Shown here: piece by piece, positions 53,709 through 57,186 of the stretch
How positions within the stretch are numbered: the first letter of the stretch is position 1
How the letters are laid out: each line of letters begins with the position of its first letter
Assembly (NCBI GenBank): GCA_029259185.1
Contig: JAPDJF010000002.1
Span: 1-57,186 of the forward strand
Source: Hadesarchaea archaeon
GTDB lineage: Archaea > Hadarchaeota > Hadarchaeia > Hadarchaeales > WYZ-LMO6
Direction: 5' to 3'
DNA length: 57,186 nucleotides
The notes under the pieces: generated by a model
Seen by the model: the letters and a program-made list of their open reading frames with translations, nothing else
Database searches by the model: none
What the model was told of the DNA's origin: nothing
Made by a program: the position numbers and the translations under genes

Positions 53709-54497
53709 TTGATGCCAAAAGCTGTCTTCAAGGGTGCTTTGTGTTTCGGTCTCGTTACCATACCCATAAAGGTATACCCTGCGGTCAGGTCGAAGGGTGT
53801 TCAGCTCAAGACGATATGTGGGAAATGTCATTCACCCCTCCAGTATAAGAGGTGGTGTTCGACGTGCCAAAATGAGGTATCCTGGAACGAAGTCGAACAC
53901 GGATTTGAAATATCGAAGGGGAAGATAGTTCCACTCACCAAGGACGAGCTCAAGCGAATCCAGCTCAAGAGCTTCAAAATATTGGAGATCCAGAGTTTCA
54001 CGGAGGCTGCGACTATCGATCCGATTTATCTGAATACCCACTACTACCTCGTTCCCCAAGAGGGAGGGGAGAGGGCATACTCCTTGCTTCGGGATGTCCT
54101 TTCCTTAACGAACTTGGTAGCTATCGGGAAGATAACAATGCACACCAAGGAGCATGTGGTGGTCATAAGACCATACGGGAAGGGACTGTTGATGACCACT
54201 CTCTTTTACAGGGATGAAGTGGGGGATGTGGAGAAGCTTGAGGAGCTTCAGGTCCTCCCACAGCCGGGGGAGAAAGAACGGGAACTCGCAAAAGTTTTGG
54301 TACAACAGTTGGTGAGGGAGTTTCGCCCCGAGGAATATAGGGATACGTATCGACAGGCTTTGATGGACTTGATAAGGCAAAAGGCTGAGGGGATCGTCTC
54401 CAAGCCGAGAGAAGAGGGCGTGAAGGCCCCTGTCGACCTGATGAAAGCGCTGGAAGCTAGCCTGGCTGCTGTTAGGAAGGAAAAGACTGCCGAGTAG
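53709..54497 (+). CDS. ku: Ku protein (prokaryotic NHEJ DNA-end-binding protein)
   Basis: LCFGLVTIPIKVYPA N-terminus, HYYLVP, MTTLFYRDEV. These are typical of single-domain prokaryotic Ku. Contains CGKC...CSTC. Confidence 0.9.
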   Translation: MMPKAVFKGALCFGLVTIPIKVYPAVRSKGVQLKTICGKCHSPLQYKRWCSTCQNEVSWNEVEHGFEISKGKIVPLTKDELKRIQLKSFKILEIQSFTEAATIDPIYLNTHYYLVPQEGGERAYSLLRDVLSLTNLVAIGKITMHTKEHVVVIRPYGKGLLMTTLFYRDEVGDVEKLEELQVLPQPGEKERELAKVLVQQLVREFRPEEYRDTYRQALMDLIRQKAEGIVSKPREEGVKAPVDLMKALEASLAAVRKEKTAE

Positions 54498-54509
54498 TTT
54501 TTTGAACAC

Positions 54510-55466
54510 ATGCAGTACCACCTACCCATTATTAAACCGATGCTTGCACGTACAGGAGAACTTTCAGACCTTGAGCGAGATGATTTCATCTGGGAGCCCA
54601 AGCTCGATGGAACTCGAGCCCTAGTCTATAAACACGCAGGGAAGGTGCGAATTCTAAATCGGAGAAAGCGATGGATAGAATTCCGCTACCCCGAGTTGGC
54701 CACGCTTCCGGAGAGAGTTCTCCCCGAGTCATGTATTCTGGATGGGGAGATCGTTGTGTTCGATCGGTCTGGAAAACCGGATTTCAGGTCACTTCAAGAA
54801 AGAGATCACCAAGAGGAGCCCGTGAGAATTGAACTCCTTTCCCGGCTAAAACCTGCGACCTTGGTGGTGTTTGACATATTGGTGCTCAACGGGGAAGACC
54901 TGTTTGAAAAGCCCCTGCTCGAGCGGAAACGCTTGTTGCAGGAGAACGTGGTGGAGGGGGAGGGACTGAAGATTTGCTATTATACCCGTGAAGGAAAGCG
55001 GCTTTGGGAGGTGGCTCTGAGGATGGGGTTGGAAGGAATAATGGGAAAACGAGACGGAAGTGCATACCAGCCAGGAATTCGGAGTTCCGATTGGGTGAAG
55101 TTGAAAGCTGTGAAGACGATGGACTGTGTTATCCTCGGATACACTCCCGGTGAGGGTAAGCGAAGCGAGCACTTCGGTGCTCTCGCCCTTGGAGCCTACG
55201 GTGGAGGAGAACTAAAATTCATGGGAAAGGTCGGAACAGGATTCGACGAACATATCTTGCGGGAACTCACACGTTTGCTGAAGGCACGCGAGACGACTTC
55301 GAGTCCCGTTAAGTCAATACCCCCATATGAGGTGAGGTGGGTGAGGCCTGAGCTCGTGTGCGAAGTGAAGTATCTAGAGATCACCCCGGACCTGAAGCTC
55401 AGAGCCCCCAGCTTTAGGAGGCTGAGGTTCGACAAAGCACCAGAAGAGTGTGAGTTGCCTCTATAA
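54510..55466 (+). CDS. ATP-dependent DNA ligase, LigD ligase-domain-like (adenylation + OB)
   Basis: Motif I EPKLDGTRA, with LDGEIV, EGIMGKR and WVKLK motifs. 318 aa, with no polymerase or phosphoesterase domain. Confidence 0.9.
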   Translation: MQYHLPIIKPMLARTGELSDLERDDFIWEPKLDGTRALVYKHAGKVRILNRRKRWIEFRYPELATLPERVLPESCILDGEIVVFDRSGKPDFRSLQERDHQEEPVRIELLSRLKPATLVVFDILVLNGEDLFEKPLLERKRLLQENVVEGEGLKICYYTREGKRLWEVALRMGLEGIMGKRDGSAYQPGIRSSDWVKLKAVKTMDCVILGYTPGEGKRSEHFGALALGAYGGGELKFMGKVGTGFDEHILRELTRLLKARETTSSPVKSIPPYEVRWVRPELVCEVKYLEITPDLKLRAPSFRRLRFDKAPEECELPL

Positions 55467-55539
55467 ATTTAAGCGAAGCGTGTCCCGAGCACTTCTTCGA
55501 GCCGAACAGATATTAAACTCAAAAACGGTCAATAGAATT

Positions 55540-55630
55540 GGGCCGGTAGCTCAGCCAGGTACGAGCACTCGCTTCGCATGTTAACCGAAACAGCGAGGGG
55601 TCGCGGGTTCGAATCCCGCCCGGTCCACCA
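55540..55630 (+). tRNA. tRNA-Ala (anticodon CGC) with a 13-nt intron (55579-55591) and encoded CCA
   Basis: Acceptor GGGCCGG/CCGGUCC contains the G3:U70 alanine identity pair. Anticodon stem is CUCGC/GCGAG. The intron follows position 37. UUCG/CGAA forms a 4-bp central helix flanked by 3-nt bulges (BHB). T arm is GCGGG-UUCGAAU-CCCGC. Confidence 0.85.
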
Positions 55631-55829
55631 TTCGGATTGCTCAATGGTCACCGTGTCGCTGGATTACGAAGGTGCCGGGTGTAGAGGTGGACGAGCTAGG
55701 CGAGCGCGTGATGAGTTTCGTGTTGCTTGCCCAATACTCACCTCCATCCGCCGGAGATCTGTAACGTGAAAAAAGCTGGTTTCGGCCAGCCCACCCCGAA
55801 TGTGGGACAAAGCTCGGATAATGAACCCT

Positions 55830-56264
55830 TTATATTTTCATCTTAGAGGCAGCGGTCTCAAAATCAAACCGCGTGAGTTCTTGGATCACATCAAAATCGG
55901 CGTCGTCGGATATGATTGTGTAAACACCACGATTCAGACTACACGCGGCGTGGATGGCATCCCGGGGTTTAAGATCGTACTTCTCAACAAGGTTTAGCGC
56001 TTTCCGCATATCGTAAGCTCTCGTATCAACAACTTTGAGGTTTGGAAACTCTAACAATCGTTTCGTCCATTCAGCCGCCACCTCCTTGCCAGCGCTTTTC
56101 CACATAATCCAGAGAACCTCGTCGATTGTTAGAGTGCAGGTTAGTCCTCTCAGCTTGCCTTCTGCTAGCGCTTCAAGGATTTTTCCAGCTATTTCCGCCT
56201 TTCTACCCGTGTAAATCGCCGGGTAAATGAAGAGATTAGAATCGCAGTATATCATCGATGTCAC
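55830..56264 (-). CDS. vapC: PIN-domain toxin (VapC-like)
   Basis: 144 aa. N-terminal YCDSNLFIY acidic residue, DAIHAACS and SDDADF motifs. 4-nt overlap with the upstream antitoxin. Confidence 0.85.
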   Translation of the reverse strand: MTSMIYCDSNLFIYPAIYTGRKAEIAGKILEALAEGKLRGLTCTLTIDEVLWIMWKSAGKEVAAEWTKRLLEFPNLKVVDTRAYDMRKALNLVEKYDLKPRDAIHAACSLNRGVYTIISDDADFDVIQELTRFDFETAASKMKI

Positions 56265-56539
56265 TCAAACTGAGAGTAATAAAGCTTGTCCCAGTCTATC
56301 TTCGGGGGAGCCTTCTTTTTGTTCTTGACAATGCGTAGCAATTCATCGACGAACTTTTTTGGATTCATCTTTGGGTAAATCAAGATAACATCTTCCTTTG
56401 CGTCGAACATGACTTCATCACCGGGAGCTAGCTTGAACTCCTCACGCAGCTCCTTTGGTATAACAACTTGTCCTTTGGGTCCTATTTTTGATTTAACCCT
56501 CAATTTTTCTAACCTCCATGTATAACTAAGTAATACCAT
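56261..56539 (-). CDS. vapB: AbrB/SpoVT-domain antitoxin (VapB-like)
   Basis: KIGPKGQVVIPKELREEFKLAPGDEV swapped-hairpin motif. The start is probably internal to the 92-aa track ORF. Confidence 0.8.
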   Translation of the reverse strand: MVLLSYTWRLEKLRVKSKIGPKGQVVIPKELREEFKLAPGDEVMFDAKEDVILIYPKMNPKKFVDELLRIVKNKKKAPPKIDWDKLYYSQFE

Positions 56540-56633
56540 ATATTTATACTTAGTTAGCCCTCATCGCTTAATTCCATAGTTGTCTTATAGTCGGCTTCAG
56601 CCCTCAGTCGGAGAGAGGGGGCGGAACCTGTGG

Positions 56634-56769
56634 CTAAGCACGGCCTTGCTCTCCCACTTTTTTCTTTATCAGCTCCACTATCGCTTCATTGATGGTATTG
56701 TCCTTCGTTATGGTTCGCTTGAATTCCTCCCCCCAACCTATCTTCAACCGTGAGGGTGTATTTCGTCAT
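56634..56769 (-). pseudogene. small ribbon-helix-helix (CopG-like) gene interrupted by a 1-nt frameshift in a G6 run
   Basis: MTKYTLTVEDRLG then, after removing one G from ttgggggg, EEFKRTITKDNTINEAIVELIKKKVGEQGRA*. As written, the frame stops after 27 codons. Confidence 0.45.
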
Positions 56770-57074
56770 CGCAATAGGCTACTAACTACTAATATATGCG
56801 CTCCACCTCTCATCCCCTCCCTTTCGGAATGGACTTCCCGGCGGTGGAGTTAACACCTGTTGCTTAAATTGAAAAACGGGGAAAATACACAATTGTGCTC
56901 TCCCATCTGGGTGGGGGAGAGCAGTTCCCTCGGTATTCTGAAGGAGCTGATTCCAATAATTTAGGAAAAATTGGTGAATTCCTTACCTCATGTCCATGAA
57001 TCCTCGGCGGCTCCTCGACGTCCCGCGTGGCTGGGAGAGCTTGTAAGACGGTTGCGGAAGTCAACTACCCCTCC

Positions 57075-57186
57075 CTAAAGGAAGGGGCTTGTCCCCGAGG
57101 TGGAACCGAAATGTCCCAAAAACCCCGGAACAATAGGCCGGTTGACGGCGGCCCTAGCGGCGATGTTGAGCGCCGCAACGTGGTCG
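57075..57186 (-). CDS. C-terminal end of a second TnpB-like gene (gene body lies beyond the window)
   Basis: ..DHVAALNIAARAAVNRP.. resembles the (H/N)AD.NAA.NIA..A tail of TnpB/OrfB proteins. Stop codon at 57075-57077. Confidence 0.45.
   Translation of the reverse strand, partial: DHVAALNIAARAAVNRPIVPGFLGHFGSTSGTSPFL

Noticed and set aside
1-57186. CRISPR arrays, rRNA genes, cas genes, integrase/recombinase genes, and att-type duplications of the tRNA 3' ends.
   Set aside because: I scanned by eye for regularly spaced short direct repeats, rRNA-like conserved blocks, tyrosine/serine recombinase motifs, and repeats of gggttcgaatcccgcc. None were found.

Overview
This window reads as an archaeal chromosome segment. 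The evidence is an STT3/AglB-like oligosaccharyltransferase, an archaeal-type pantoate kinase and phosphopantetheine adenylyltransferase (PPAT), an Sm-like protein, archaeal-type ProRS, and a tRNA carrying a bulge-helix-bulge intron.

Three blocks stand out:
- **Positions 1-7.1 kb:** a cell-surface protein with four tandem PKD-like repeats, a ComEC-like metallo-beta-lactamase (MBL) membrane protein, and a DUF4143 AAA ATPase bracketed by a perfect 83-bp inverted repeat.
- **Positions 7.1-33 kb:** a glycan-biosynthesis island that looks AT-richer by eye. It holds about 8 GT4 and 3-4 GT2 glycosyltransferases, a Wzx-type flippase, three SDR epimerase/dehydratases, a nucleotidyltransferase/Ugd/Uxs set, two radical SAM enzymes and methyltransferases. 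It shows several rearrangement scars: an IS insertion with target-site duplication, a 368-bp inverted partial gene duplication, and pseudogenes. It ends at tRNA-Arg(CCU) plus a decayed TnpB, just before the AglB-like gene.
- **Positions 37.5-57 kb:** GC-richer housekeeping genes. These include hisS, an inositol-lipid module, proS with a prolidase and proBAC, a CoA cluster, a two-gene Ku/ATP-ligase NHEJ module, an intron-containing tRNA-Ala, vapBC, and another TnpB fragment at the window edge.

I found no rRNA genes and no CRISPR array. All family assignments come from motif recognition by eye. No database search or computation was run.
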